From Piromyces finnis finn (Eukaryota > Fungi > Neocallimastigomycota): 64,000 nt of DNA. Under the pieces are notes generated by a model. It worked only from the letters and a program-made list of their open reading frames with translations, ran no database searches and was not told the DNA's origin. The stretch lies in the NCBI GenBank assembly GCA_002104945.1, contig MCFH01000008.1:1172216-1236215 (forward strand), written 5' to 3'. Shown here piece after piece: positions 1-18,834 of the stretch (position 1 is its first letter; every line of letters starts with the position of its first letter). The translations under genes were made by a program, and so were the position numbers.

Positions 1-188
1 GAAAGAAGGAAATGGAAAGTAAGATTTATATATAATTAATTAATCCCAAGAAAATAAAAAAGAAAATATAAAGATATATTAATATATTTATTTATATTGT
101 ATTTATATATAAAATCCTTAATTTAGGTATATATCAAGAAGATAGTAAATTTGCAAATTTGAATAAACCAAAATCAAATAATTCCATA

Positions 189-220
<32 letters not shown>

Positions 221-508
221 AAAAGCAAAGGCAAAAAATCAAAATGATATATTATCAATGTATTTATCAAAGAGTAAAAAACCAAAAAGAAAAAACATGC
301 CAAAATCTATTGTATAAGTAACAACAAGATTACAATTAACTTATACTAATTTACAATGATACTATTATAAAAAACTTTATTATTTATTTTATTAATCTAA
401 ATTATATTACATAAATACTTTTTAGTATTTTCTACAAATATTCTAAACTAGACAATATTTTATAATATAATAAAAAAAAAAGTAAAAATATATATATATT
501 AATTGTGT

Positions 509-516
509 ATCACGTG
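509..516 (+). promoter_or_regulatory. E-box / Cbf1-type motif ATCACGTG upstream of TAF11
   Basis: Exact RTCACGTG about 400 bp upstream of the ATG in very GC-poor DNA. The same 8-mer recurs at 12313 and 32851. Confidence 0.4.
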
Positions 517-918
517 TTTTGTATTTCAAATTTTTTGTACCACGAAGTTTTATATTTAATACTTTTTGAAATTTTTTGAAATTTACAATTGAATTTCAAA
601 TTTCTAAATGTATTTTAAACATTTATAAAATATAAATATTTAATTTTAGTATGAATATACTCATTTAGTATTTCTTTTTTTTATAATTATATATTTTATT
701 TAATATAATAGATATAAATGCAATAAATAAATTAAATTAAGATTTTAAAGCATGTAAATGAAATCTAATCAAATATAAGAAATAGTTTACTTAAAAATAA
801 GGAATTGCTTAATATGTTTATTTTTTAAATCTTTTTTTTTTTTTAAGTAATATTTATCAATATAATTCAGATTAATTGTTAAGGAAAAGAAATAAATAAA
901 ATAAAGTTAAAAAAAAAA

Positions 919-2105
919 ATGGAAGGAACTAAAAAATACTATTCAACAGAAAAAAAAAGAAAGCAGTCAAATATTCATGATAATCCAAAAGCAAAGCAAG
1001 TAAAAACTGAGAATGGTGGAACTACAAAGTATAAAAAATCGAAAGAAAAGAAATTAAAAAATGAAAAAATAAAAGGAACAAATCAAACAAATGAAAATAA
1101 AAAAGTAGAAGTAAAAGAAGAGAATGGAGAAAATGTAATAAAAGATAAAGAAAAAAAAGAAGAAAAAGAAAAAGAAAAAAAGGAAGATGAAGAGCAAGAA
1201 GATGAAGAAGATCAAGATATTGATGGTGTTTATGAAGAATTAGAAGAAGAAAATATTCAAATGAAAAATAAAGAAATGTTGAAGTATGAAATTTTATTCT
1301 GTTTTATTATACTATATTTTATTTTGATTTTGATTTTTGATTTTAATTTTATATTTTAATATTATTTAATTTAAATTTCATTTTAAAATAATTACTGAAT
1401 TATATTTTTAATTGATAATAACAATAAATATAAAATAATTATATATATATTAAATTAATACATTAAAAGAGATTTATTAAATGAATTTAATGAAGAACAA
1501 ATACAAAGATATGAAGTTTACAGAAGATCCACCTTACCAAAGGCAGCAATGAAAAGAGTAATTAATTATTAAAAATAATATTGATAATTTTATTACTTTT
1601 ATTATAAATATAAATTCTTAAAATATTTTATAAAATTAATATATAAATTAATAATAATATAATAAAGCTTGTCCAAAGTATACTAAATCAAAGTGTATCA
1701 AATAGTATGGGTATTGTAGTTGGTGGTTTTTCAAAAATATTTCTTGGTGAAATTGTTGAAAAAGGTAATGTTCATAATATTATAATATTTTTATATTAAT
1801 AATAATAAAAAAGTAAACAATAAAACAAGATTTAAATACAAAAAATTAGTTTCCTGAAAGTCTAAATACTAATATTTATATTATTTTAATAATTTTTTAA
1901 TAAAGCTCGAGATGTTATGGAAGATTGGGGTGATGAAGGTGCAATTAGACCAGAACATCTAAGAGAAGCATATAGGTAGTAATCTTTTATTAAGCATCTT
2001 TAAATAATTATTAATATTTTACTAATATTTTTTAATTATTATTTATTATATCAATATATCAATATAAGATTATATAAAGAAGAAAGAAAATGTAAATATC
2101 TTTAA
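919..2105 (+). CDS. TAF11: TFIID subunit 11 (TAF11/TAFII28), 5 exons (approx. 919-1283, 1470-1557, 1668-1764, 1906-1975, 2069-2105)
   Basis: Splicing at GT-AG gives a charged N-terminus followed by [85 protein letters not shown], the TAF11 histone-fold signature. Confidence 0.92.
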
Positions 2106-2643
2106 AGATTTTAAATCATAAATGGATTTCTATTTTTTTTTTTTATTATTATTTTATTATTTAATTTAATCTGTTTTGTTTTTTTTTTTTTTTATTTTAT
2201 TTTATTTTATTTACTATTCAAAATTTTATTTTTTACCTATTAAGAGCAATTACTATTAAAAAAATAAATTTTAATATTCATTTATTATAACATTTTTAAT
2301 TTAATAAAATTAATTCACACAAAAACATTCAAAACAAAAAACAAAAATGATTAGTATTTTATAATATTCATACAATATTTGTTTTTATTTTATATTAAAC
2401 TATGATTAATAGTAGTGTATATTTAATTCTTTTTCTTTTTTTTTTTTTTTTTTTTTTTTTCAATAAAATGTGTATAAATATGTGATATTTTTTTAATACT
2501 ATTTTATAACATTAATTAAAATAGAATATAAAATTAAAAAAAGAAAAGAAAAAGAAACTGTATCTAGTTGTTAAACTCTTTAGTTTTTTTGTAATATTTA
2601 TATAAATTTTTATTGCTATTAATTATAATTATTAATTTTCTAT

Positions 2644-6670
<4,027 letters not shown>

Positions 6671-7475
6671 TTTTTTACTTTTTCTTTAATATAATAAAAT
6701 TTAGAAATTGAAAATTTTATAAATTTTATTAATAACTGAAAACATTTTATGGAAATTTTCGGGTATTAAAATATTTTTTTTTTAATTTTAAATATAAAAA
6801 GAAAATAATATATGTTACTAATGAAAAAACATTATATATATGTTTAATTTTGAATAAATAGAATTTGAATTATTTTTTTTTTAATATATTATTATCATTA
6901 TAGATATTATAGAGAGAAATATGCATAATAATTTCAATCAAATTAATCATTCTTGCTTAATTATTTTAGTTTTGTTTATTGAAATGTTAATATCATTTAC
7001 TGGTTTAATAAGACAAAACTATAAAAGAACTAAATTAAATTTCATAATTTATTTCGAAATATGTTGCTAATTCTATTAATATATATTTACATACTTACTT
7101 ATTACTTTATTTTATAATAATTCTTTTTTTAATTATATTAATTTCTTTATTATTTCTATAAAACCTTATAGAAAATTATTATTTTTATATATAATTAAAT
7201 TTTTCTATTTAATTATTTAATTTGTTTTTATTAGTTTATTTTTTTTTTTTTAGAAAAAAAAACCTTTCATAGTTTTAATTTTTATTTTAATAAAGATTTT
7301 CCAAAGAAAATTAATATATAAAAAATTAAATAATTAATATTGTATCACTATACCAAATTCTAATTCTAATTTAATTGCAATTTCATATATTAATACTTTT
7401 TTATTTAATTTATTATTTTTTTTGAATTGCACAAATAAAAAAAAAAAAGATTTCAAATAAGTATTTATTCACATT

Positions 7476-7497
7476 ATTTATTTATTTATTTATTTAC

Positions 7498-7583
<86 letters not shown>
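7476..7583. repeat. (TTTA)n microsatellite
   Basis: Direct reading. Confidence 0.9.
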
Positions 7584-7584
<1 letters not shown>

Positions 7585-7937
7585 CTATTAAAAGTTCTTT
7601 AATTTCAAATATTATTTAACAACAGATTAAATAATAAATGAATATATAAATATATTTATAAATAATAATTTTTTTTATTATATAAATATTTTATTATAAA
7701 TAGGTGACAAAAAAGAGTAATTATTATCATTATAAAATAAGCATTTTTACTATTTTTACATCAATACTTCAATATACATAAATTTATTATTCTGGTTTTA
7801 TACATATTTTTTTTATTTTTGTAATATTTATTAAAAAAAAAAAAATACATAATAATTTTAATAGTAATAATAGATAATAATTTAAATAAATTCAAATCAT
7901 AAAAATAACAAAAAAAAAGAAAGGTTTCTTGATTCTT

Positions 7938-10900
7938 TTAACTTTTCCGATTATTTTTTTCATAAAGCTTAATGAAAGATGGATTCTAAAGATATTAATA
8001 AATATTTACATTTGAATTTAATTAAATTATATGAAATATTATAAAAGAAAATATTTTTTTATTCTTACCTCTTGAGCATCTAATGATTTATAGAGAGATG
8101 ATTTAATGATATCACTATTATTGTTGTTATACCAATCATCTATATTACTACTCATGAATTTTGATAAATTATCTTTACTATTTTGCTCATTAGGGTCATA
8201 AATTTTCGGAACATGAACATTTACAGGCTTTATTATACGATTATATAGTTCCGTCTTCAATAATTCATTATAATATGTATTATTTATTATTTTGCTGTAT
8301 TAAAAATAATTATAACTAAAACTATTTATTTAATAGAATATTATTACCTTTGTCCATGGACCAGTTTCCTGAATGAATGAAGAATTCTTTGAAATAGTTG
8401 GTGGCATTATTTCACCATGTCTAAATGCCTTAGACAATGTTTTGAAACGTCTCAAATATCTATATATATATATATATATTAATATTTTATACAATTATTT
8501 TAATAATAATAGTATTTAAATAATTACTCAAATCCACGTTCTAATTCAATTCTCTCTTGTGAATTATCAATTAATTTTGATGAATCTTTTTTAGAAGAAT
8601 TCTTTAAAATATTAAAACGGATAGACAATGAAATATAGATATATACATCCAATAAATTAATAAATATGTTAAATTATATTTTTTATAATTCGCAAAATCA
8701 ATACCGATGACGATGGCACAACAGTCTTAATGATTCCATGTTTATGGAGAACATCCTTACGTGATCTTTCCAAATTAGTATAACTTTAATAACAAATATA
8801 TTTAATATTTAATATTTAACATAAATATTTTAATACTTATTAAATATATACTATAAATTATAATTAAAAAAAAATACTTTTCAGTTTCATTTTCTTGTCT
8901 CTCTAAATATACATTTAATACACATCATATAAAATATAAAATAATATTAATTCTCGAATTTTAATAATAATAATTTTTAATATAATATTTAAATAAGTAT
9001 TATTCTCACGTTGTTGCAACATTTTCATTAATCTATCAGATCTCTCAAGTCTTAACTGTCTTGCACGTTGAGTTATGAAATCTTCAAATGTTCTTGACTA
9101 CATAATTATATGATAATATTTAAAAAAGTAATAATAAATATATTTTACTAATATTATGATTAAATTAATTATATATATATATAATTTTAATATTAACCAT
9201 CGAATTAAATTCATCAGTTCTTCTCTTAACTTCCTTTTCAAGAAAAGCCACTAATTTTTCTTTTTCTTTTAATTTTTTTAATGTTCCTTCATACTCATTT
9301 AATATAGTATTATAATTACTTGATACTTTATCAAAATCATTATTTAATTTATCAGTTTCCTATTATATATAGTAATTTTAATATATTAATAATATAAAAA
9401 AAATATCATTTAAATATTTAAAAAAAAAAAAAAAGTAAATTAATAAATACTTACCCTTGTAATACGTTTTAATATATTTCTAATTGAATTTCCACCTTCT
9501 CCTTTAGCATTTAATGTTAAACGAATAATTTTATTTCTTAAATATTCACAGTCTTGAGTTAATGTATAGACTTTATTCATTGTTGATGTAAGTTGTTTCT
9601 TTATAATAAAATAATAAAAAATATAAAATTTAATAAATACTTAAAACAAAAGTTATTTTATAAAATATGTATACTTGTAAATTTAATTCAATTCTATCTT
9701 TTTCATCTTCTTTATCAATAATTATTTTATTTTTTTGATTAATAATAGAGAGCATATCTTTTAATTTATCATCTTGACTTTTAATATGAGTGCTTAGCTT
9801 TTCACATTTTGATTCTAATGCTGAATTTTGACGTTGTAACAATGAAATAACATTACTTTGCTCATTTTCTTGTTCACTTTTAATTCTTTCAATTTCACAT
9901 GCATGTTCTCTTCGAATATTTTCAATTTCCTATAATATTTTTACATATATATATATAATAAATATATATAATAATATAATACATTATGAATGAATTATTT
10001 ATTAAAAAACTCTTTTTTTAAAAAAATTAAAAAGAAAAGCTATTTACCAATTCATGATGTTTAATAACTTCTTTTAAATCAGAGCCTTCGACTAAGTTCA
10101 TAATTTTTGCATCTTTTGTAACCATCATATCTGAATAAAATCTATCCTTTGCCTGAGCAATATATCTATAAAGCCAATATTAAATATTAAATAGAAATTA
10201 GCTTCCAAATCATAATATCACTAATATTAATAAAACATACAAAATTTCTTGTTCATATCTTAATGTTAATGATGTAAGCTCATCTTCCATTTTAGCGATT
10301 TCTGAATTAAACATAAACTCTGATGTTGCACGATATTCTTCAAATTGTGTTTGCATTGAATATAAAAGACTCTAATTATAAAATATTGATAATATTAATA
10401 TTTAATAATAGCTAACAACCCTTTTAAAAATATCAGATACATAAAATATGAATTTTTATTATACATAAATAATAAATAATAATTTAAAAATAAAATTACT
10501 TGAAATTCCCAATATGAATCTCTTTGTTTTTGATTTTGTTCTTGCTTATATTGTATAAACTTGTTTCTTAACAGGTCAAATTCCTCTCTTTGACTTCTAT
10601 TATACGATTCATTTTCTAATTTTGTTGTTTCAATAAATTCTTCATATTCTAATCTTACACTTTCAATTAACTAAATATTTACATATATTAATAATATTTT
10701 TATAATGATATAATAATTATTGATATAATATTTTATTTTAAAGTAATCAATATTTTTACCGCTTCAACACCTTGAAGTTGAATTTGCTGGTTATTAAATT
10801 TTAAATTTGAACTATTTGATATTTCTAATATTTTATCTTTATATTTCTTTTTTTTATCTTCTGATACATCAATTTGATTTCCACAATTTTGTCCTTCACC

Positions 10901-11921
10901 CAAGATATTTTCTTGACCATCATCAATTTCTTTTAAATGCAATAATATAATAAATTAATATTATAATTAATTCTCTCAATTAGCCTTTTTAATATTTTTC
11001 CTTTATTTATTAAAAACGAAAATAAATATATACTTGACATATCATTATTATCATTTTCTTCTTCTTTTATTTTATATTCATTTATTTGGTCTTGCTTTTC
11101 CTGAATTTCATTTTCCAATTTATCTTTAATAAATAATATATATATTATATTTAAGAAATGATAATTATTATTTATATTATAAATTATTTATATTTTCCTA
11201 AATTCACTAATTTTATTTACTATTAATAATTTTTTGTTGTTCAATATATGTTCTTGCTTGAGATAAATCTTCTTTTAATTTTGAAATCTCGTTATCTTTT
11301 TCTTCAATTATACTTTGAGTTTCTTTTGTAAATTTATCATTACTTTTGTCAACTATAAACTTTATATTTTGATTATCATGTTTTTAAAAATTAATAATTA
11401 CTTTTAAATATTTATATTTTAAATATAATAAATATATATATAAATAGTCTACATCAAACTTTTCTTCATTAGTACTATTTGAACTAATATGATCACCACC
11501 CTTTATCAATATTTAATATATAAATATATTTATATTAATATCTTTAGTTTGACATTAATATATTATTATAATATTAATGAACTTTACAGATACAAAAGGT
11601 GAGTTTTTTCGAGATCCAGTTTTTGAACTTTCCTTTTTGTTTTCATTTGTCAATATTTCGATTTTTGCTTGTAGTTGACGAATTTCATCTTCAGCATTTT
11701 CATTCTGTATAGTTCTATTAAATATCTTTTTTTTTTTAGTTCAACCGATTTATATTATATAAAAATATCAATATCCATAAGTTATTTTTAACATAAAAAT
11801 TAATGAATGATTATAACTAATTTAGATATTTTACATCTCTATTTAAAACATTTATTTGGGCTCTTAAATCATTATTTTCTTTAAAAAGTTGATTTAATAA
11901 ATTAGCATCAGCTTTATTCAT
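7938..11921 (-). CDS. Uncharacterised long coiled-coil protein, many exons; ends approximate
   Basis: Exons joined at GT-AG give continuous helical, charged sequence, e.g. ESVRLEYEEFIETTKLENESYNRSQREEFDLLRNKF, QTQFEEYRATSEFMFNSEIAKMEDEL, KDRFYSDMMVTKDAKIMNLVEGSDL, YLRRFKTLSKAF. Covers ORFs 8039-8260, 9630-9842, 10733-10942 and 10933-11118. Confidence 0.75.
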
Positions 11922-12312
11922 TTTTCTTTAAATATAGAATAATATCACACAATTATTTTAATTATTTTGCTTTTAATGATAAAAAATTACTTTATATAAA
12001 TGATATTTTTTTTATTTATTAAAAGTTTCCATAATAAGAAAATCTTGTCAAATTAACTTAATTTGACTAATAATAAGAAATATATATATTCTATTTAGTA
12101 TATTGATATGTATAAATAATACTATCTTGTATAATAATTTGAATTATAATTATTTAATCCTTAATAATTAAATAACTAAGTACTTGTTTTTTGAAAATTT
12201 TTCTGAATAACCTATAATATTTATTACCAAAATTTTTAATTTAAAATAATATAATTAAAAAAATGTTTATTTTTTTTTAAAACTTTAATTTCTTTGAAAA
12301 CAGTGATCAAAG

Positions 12313-12322
12313 ATCACGTGAT
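12313..12322. promoter_or_regulatory. Palindromic E-box ATCACGTGAT in a divergent promoter
   Basis: Perfect 10-bp palindrome between two head-to-head ATGs (11921 on -, 12507 on +). Confidence 0.5.
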
Positions 12323-12506
12323 AATTTTGTTTATTTAAAAGTTCATTAATTTATTACTACGGAAAGAAATTAATTTTTATTTATAATATTGTAGATTAAG
12401 CTTTTTTTTATGTTAATTATTTTTCAATACTTCAAATAATTCAATACTTCATAACCATAATAAATTAATTATATGTATTCATTATTATTATTATATTTAA
12501 AAGAAA

Positions 12507-15500
12507 ATGTTCAGTCAAATAAGAAAACTATCAAAAGCATTACCTGTACGAAATCCAATTGTCACCAATAAAGAAGTAAAACAAGAAATTACTGAATTAA
12601 AAGGTATATAACCTCATTAAAATAGAACACATAGTAGAATATAGTTCATTAATTATAAATATAATTATTACAATATTTATTTTAAAAATGTTACAATATG
12701 AATTAAAATAAAAAAAAAGTACCTGATGGTTCTTTTAAGGGAGAGAATATAAGAATTGCAGGAAGACGTTTAATATTTTTAACTTTACAGCAATGTTTAG
12801 CACTTGACAATGATATTATTTGTTTTGATATATCTTATGAAAATGACCTTTTAGTATCTTGTACAGAAAATATATTGTTTATCTGGAACTTGAAAACAAT
12901 GGAAATTGAACAAAAAGTATTTTTAAAAAAAAAAAATACAAACTTTAACTTAATAATAATAAATAAGTATTAATTTTTATTTGCTTTATCAATTTATTAA
13001 CTCTAAAATAAAGATTGAAATAAAACTCAGAAATAAAAGAGGGGAGAAAGGTAAAGTATTATATGAAATATTAATGATTCTCAAGTTATGTATATTGATT
13101 TATTTTATAACTTTATTAATTGCCTATATTAAATATATAAGAATATATAAAAATTACATCTTGTGCGATAAGTAAGGATGGAAAATATATTATAACTATT
13201 ATGCCTTCAAAAATGATTATTTGGAATAAAAATACTGGAAAAGTGTCAATGTAGATATCTTAAAATATATATAAATAATATTTAAGAATATATATAATAT
13301 ATAAATTCTAAACCATCTTTATAATACTTAGGATTTTAGAAATTCCAGTTGAAACACATTATATAAAATTCTCAGATAATAATGGAGAGTATTTATATGC
13401 CTCAGGAGAAGATGGAATTGTAAGAGCATGGGATTGGAAGGCTGGTAATTATATACTAGCAAATATATTAAAATAGTAAAATAGCATATTATATTTAAAT
13501 TAATATATTATTAATATATTTTTGATTATATAAATAATATACATTCAATTAAAATATGAAAAGGAAAGCAAATTTCATTAAAATTGTATCATCCTGCATC
13601 TGTAAGAACATTTGATTTTACACATTCTAATCCTGTTCGCTTTTTATGTGGAAGAGTTGACGGTTACTGTACGGCATGGGATTTTGAAAGAAAAGAAATT
13701 ATAGATAATATCATTCCCGAACCAACTTGGTATATATAAAATATAATAGAAATCATATAATCTCTATTGTATTTATATTAATATTAATAAATTTTTATAA
13801 TAGGGATGCAATGAAAAAAGAAGTCAATAGAGGAGGATGGATAAATTTAGAAAGCAATCACACTGGTAAAGAAGAAAACATATTCTTTTATTATAAAATT
13901 AAAAAATGCTAAATATTAATTTTACATGAAAAAAATATTATAAAAAATCCTATAATTTTTTAGGATCTATTCTAAGTTTAAAAATATCCCCTAATAAAAG
14001 GCTATTAGCTACAGGAAGTGCAGATTTTACATGTAAATTATGGAATATTGCATCATATGGTAAAGATACAGAAACTGTAAAACAAGATAGATTAGTAAGT
14101 ATATAAAAAAATATTGAAAGACGAAATAATATTACTTTAAAATTTATACTAATATTAACAATTTATAACATTATCTAAATATAGAAAGAAAATATTGATT
14201 TTAATAATTTAATTGATATTACATTACCATATGATATTGATGGATTTGGAATTAGAATTGGTGAAGTAATTATAAAGTTTACATTTATTTTCTTATTATT
14301 TATTCCATTATCACTTTTGGTTTTTCATTAATTTAATTAACTTTAACATATATAATAAAGGTACCATTTACAACAGGTTTCCATGCTGATATTATGTTTA
14401 CTTATAGACATGAAGCTCCTGTAACAATAGTAGAATTTAATAGTACATCAGAGTAATATAATTATTTAGTATTCTATTTTTAAAAATTAAATAGATAAAT
14501 ATATTAACATCAGCATCTATCTTAATATTTATTTAATAGTATTCTATACACAGGTTCTATTGATTCTACTTGTAGATTATGGTCAACACGTAAAGGAGAG
14601 CTAATTTTCCAAATTAATCTGCCAGCACAACCACAATCATTAATAGTTACACCTGGTTTACCAAATGACATGCTATATGTAACATGTCAAAATAGATTAT
14701 TGGTAAGTAAATACTTTATATATTTATATATTGGTTATAGAAAAAGAATATTATATTATTAATAATTTTTGAATTAAAATTTATAATAATATAAATAATA
14801 TAAATTGATAAAAGGTTTTTGATGTTAAAGCACCAACTCAAGAAAAAGACCTACCTGTATATTGGTATTAAAATAATATTAATAAACAGCATTATTAATT
14901 TTAAAAAATAATAATAACATAATATTTAAAATATCTTTTACTTATTAAATTATAATAATAAAGGAGAGCTGGTCAAGAACTTGATTCAGATAATTATGTA
15001 AATAATAAATAATATTATTAATATGAATTACTTATGTTTAATTATATTCGTGATTTAATTAATAAAATATGGAAATATGATTTAATATCATTACTAACAT
15101 ATTAATGAAATATGTATATATAATAGTTCTTTTCAAGTAAATATAATGGAAATGAAAATATTGATATAAATGAAAAAATTGATTTTGAAGAATCTGAAAA
15201 TGCAAAAAAAAATAATAATAAAACGAATATGGAAGAATATGAAAATAAAAAAGAGGAAAATGATAAAAATAAAAAATTGTATATTGGAGAATCTGAAAAA
15301 ACTAAATTACCATTTGAAGTAGATGAAAATGGAAATGAAATTGATAAAAATGATGTATCTAACATCAATACCCATAAAGGAAGTAATAAATTAATAAAAT
15401 ATGATATATTATGAGAATTATATGAGACTTTATTGCATTTATTAGCAATACTTTTATTAATAAATTTTAAAACCTATATAAATATTTTAGAGTATACATT

Positions 15501-17061
15501 TGAAGAAGTTAGAAAATTATTATCTCATGGATTAATTAGAGATTCTTATATACAAACTATGATTGATGAATTAGATATTAATTTACCAAGTGAAATTTTT
15601 TTCTCAAACATTAGAAAAGTATTTAAAATAATCCTATATATAATAATAAATATTTTTCTAGAAAATTAATTATTTTTTTTCATATTCAATATTTAGTTCA
15701 ATATTTCTTTAACGCAAGTTCTTCGTTCTATAATTAATGATCAATATAAACCAATAGATGTTATTAAAGCATTATTTACAAAAAATAATCGAATTATAAA
15801 AGAATTTGCGAATAAAATTAAAAAAGTAATACTATCATTTTTATAATATAATTTGTATACTAATAAATTATATATATCAAAAAATAATTAATGTATAAAA
15901 ATTATATTATTATACTTTAAAATATAAAAAGGGAGATTCAATTGAAAGTGTAATGAAAATATTAGGATTTAAAAAAACAGCTAAAGAAGAATTAGATAAT
16001 ACTTGTAATACTTGTTTTTTTTTTTTTATAAAAAATAAAAATAATTATTAATTTAAATAATATATTTACACCAACTTAGATATTTATTTAAAAAATGATG
16101 ATATTAGACCAATTACAACATCAGAACTCAAAGGTACAATAACTATTTATTATTAATATAAATAATATGTATAATGAATGATAATAATCACTAAATAAAA
16201 ATTTAAATGTAATATATAACAAATAGATATTATTAAAAATGACGTATTTAAATTCGCGTTTAATAAAATGTTTAATAATCTAAGTCCAGACACAATTATT
16301 AATGACGAAAATATGATACATGATGTTCTTCATTTTATTCCTTCAAAACAAATAAAATTAATTAAAGGTAATTATATATTTAAAATACTTATTGCAAAAT
16401 ATTATTCAAAAATAAAAAAAATATTAAATAATATATTTTATTATATTTTATAAATATAAAAAAGATTATCAAAATAATGAACTTACAAGTAAAGTTTTCA
16501 TGAAAGATTTAGATCCAATAAAATCATTACCAGCAAGATATCCAAACTTTAAAAGAAATGATAAAAAATATAGTTCTAAAGTATTGTTATTGTTGTTGTT
16601 ACTAATATTGTCGTTATTTTTTGTTATTAATAATTTATATATTTATATATTTAATATATCAAATAATATAATAAATAACAGTCAATTGAACCAACAAGTC
16701 AAAATATTGGAAGAGTGAAAAGATTTGATGAGTTAATAATCAAAGCAGAGAAAATATAATTAAAATAATTTATATATATTTAATTACTTATATAATGTTA
16801 ATTATATGATTTATTCAAAACTAACATTCATTATAGAAATAGAGTAAAAGGAAAACCATCCCAACCAAAAGAACCAGAACCATCTACTTCTCTATCTGAA
16901 GAATCTTTAAAAATTAATACAAATAAATACATGCCTGCAATAAAATTAGGATCATTAACTAAAGAACAACGAAAAGTATATAAAAATTAATAACTAGTCA
17001 TATTCACTTATATATTTTTATTTAATAACAAAACTAATAATTTTTCAAATAATATTATAAT

Positions 17062-17105
<44 letters not shown>

Positions 17106-18834
17106 TTTTTCAAAAAAAAATTATATTATAAAAATTTAATAATAAATAAGGATTTAATTGATTTATATATGGATAAATTATTTGGATCTAATGGTGACGA
17201 AGAATGGAAGAGCTCTGGTAATATTCTTCACTATGAAAGGTATAAACCAATTAATAACTATATATTTATGCTAGTTGTATTTTTTTATAAGTATTATATG
17301 TTACAAATTATATGAAAAAATACAAATATCATAAATTTATGATATATTATAATAATTATAAATATATATATTACAAATGTATACTAACTTAATATGCACA
17401 ACTATTTTATGAAAAAAATTAAAAAAAAAAAAGGTATCTTCAAGCAAAAGGTTTAAATGTTAATTGGCCATTCCCAAGATATCAAAAGAAAAAGAAATAT
17501 CCAATAAAAGATATTCGTCAACCATTACTAAGTCATGTTTATGTTCAACCTATTTTAATTAATCAAAATAGAAAAAATAAAAATGAAGTAAATAATAAAA
17601 ATATTATATATATAGTTTAATAATAAATATAAATAATTAACGATCATTAATTTTTTTTTATATTTCTTGAAATAAATGTATATAGATGAGTTTATCACAA
17701 TTTATTGTAGGAAAAAAAATGGAAATCCAAGAAAGAAAACCTGATTTAGACTATAATAGCAATAATATAAGTAATCTTAAAAAGAATTCCAATACATATT
17801 ATACTTCAGAATTCAATATTCCTGATAATTCAAGTATAAAAGTTAAATCATTACAAAAATTAAATAAATTAGACAAAAACAATCATTCAACATTATCTAC
17901 TCACAACTTATCAGATCAAATAATTACAGTTAATACAAATGATAAAAATAAACAAAATATTCAATATAATGAGTCTTCAGTCTTTCCCACAACTATTAAA
18001 AGAAATGTATCAACTAATAATGAAAATAGTGTTATTAATTCAAATATACGTCGCCTTAGTAATCTTAATAATACTATTTATAAAACACCCACAATGAATA
18101 AAATTAATAATGCAACTAAAAAATTGGTATACCAAAATGTTATGAAAATTAGCTCTTTTACTGATTATAAAGATGATATTGAAGAAATAGAAAAGGCAAT
18201 TCAATTGTCAAGTAATATGAATATTAATAATTTAGATCCAGGTCCAATAGATAATAATAAATACGAACCAAAAAATAAATCACCGCTCAAAAATGAAATC
18301 TCAAATGCAACAATTATTAAAGTTCCGGATATAGAAAAAATAGATAATAATGATGCATTAGAATATAAAAATAATTTACAAACTGAAAATAACACTGAAA
18401 TTACCAATCACATAATAACAGAGAATGAAACAAATAATAACGAGAACTTACAAATTGAAGATATAAGTAATATACCAAATGATGTTGTTGATACATCAAC
18501 TGTTATTGAAGAAAATACATTACTATATGATAATGATGTTAATAAAAATTCAATTGAAAACATTGATAACAAAAATAAAGAAATGCAAATTAATATGAAT
18601 GACAGTAATAAAAATATTGCATCAATGAATGATGAAAAATCAAAACAAGAACAAAGAGATATCTTACTTGAAAATGAACTAGAAAATGAAAAAAAATTAG
18701 ATTATCATTTATTTATGAGCTCAACTCAAAGATTAGGTTCTGAACAAAAAATTGATGAAATTATTGTAAACAACGAAAACAATAAAGAACACCTTAATGA
18801 ATTAAATATAAATGATACTAATGAACATTCATAA
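12507..18834 (+). CDS. WD40-repeat protein with long uncharacterised, low-complexity C-terminal region; about 20 exons
   Basis: WD repeats in spliced exons: LVSCTENILFIWNL, LYASGEDGIVRAWDW, LCGRVDGYCTAWDF, LATGSADFTCKLWNI, LYTGSIDSTCRLWST. Further coding exons continue to the terminal exon 17686-18834. A single-gene model is inferred. Confidence 0.78.

Noticed and set aside
1-320. 3' exons of a gene entering from the left edge
   Set aside because: A donor-like GTAAG at 19 and a short purine-rich frame exist, but frame and identity cannot be established from this window.
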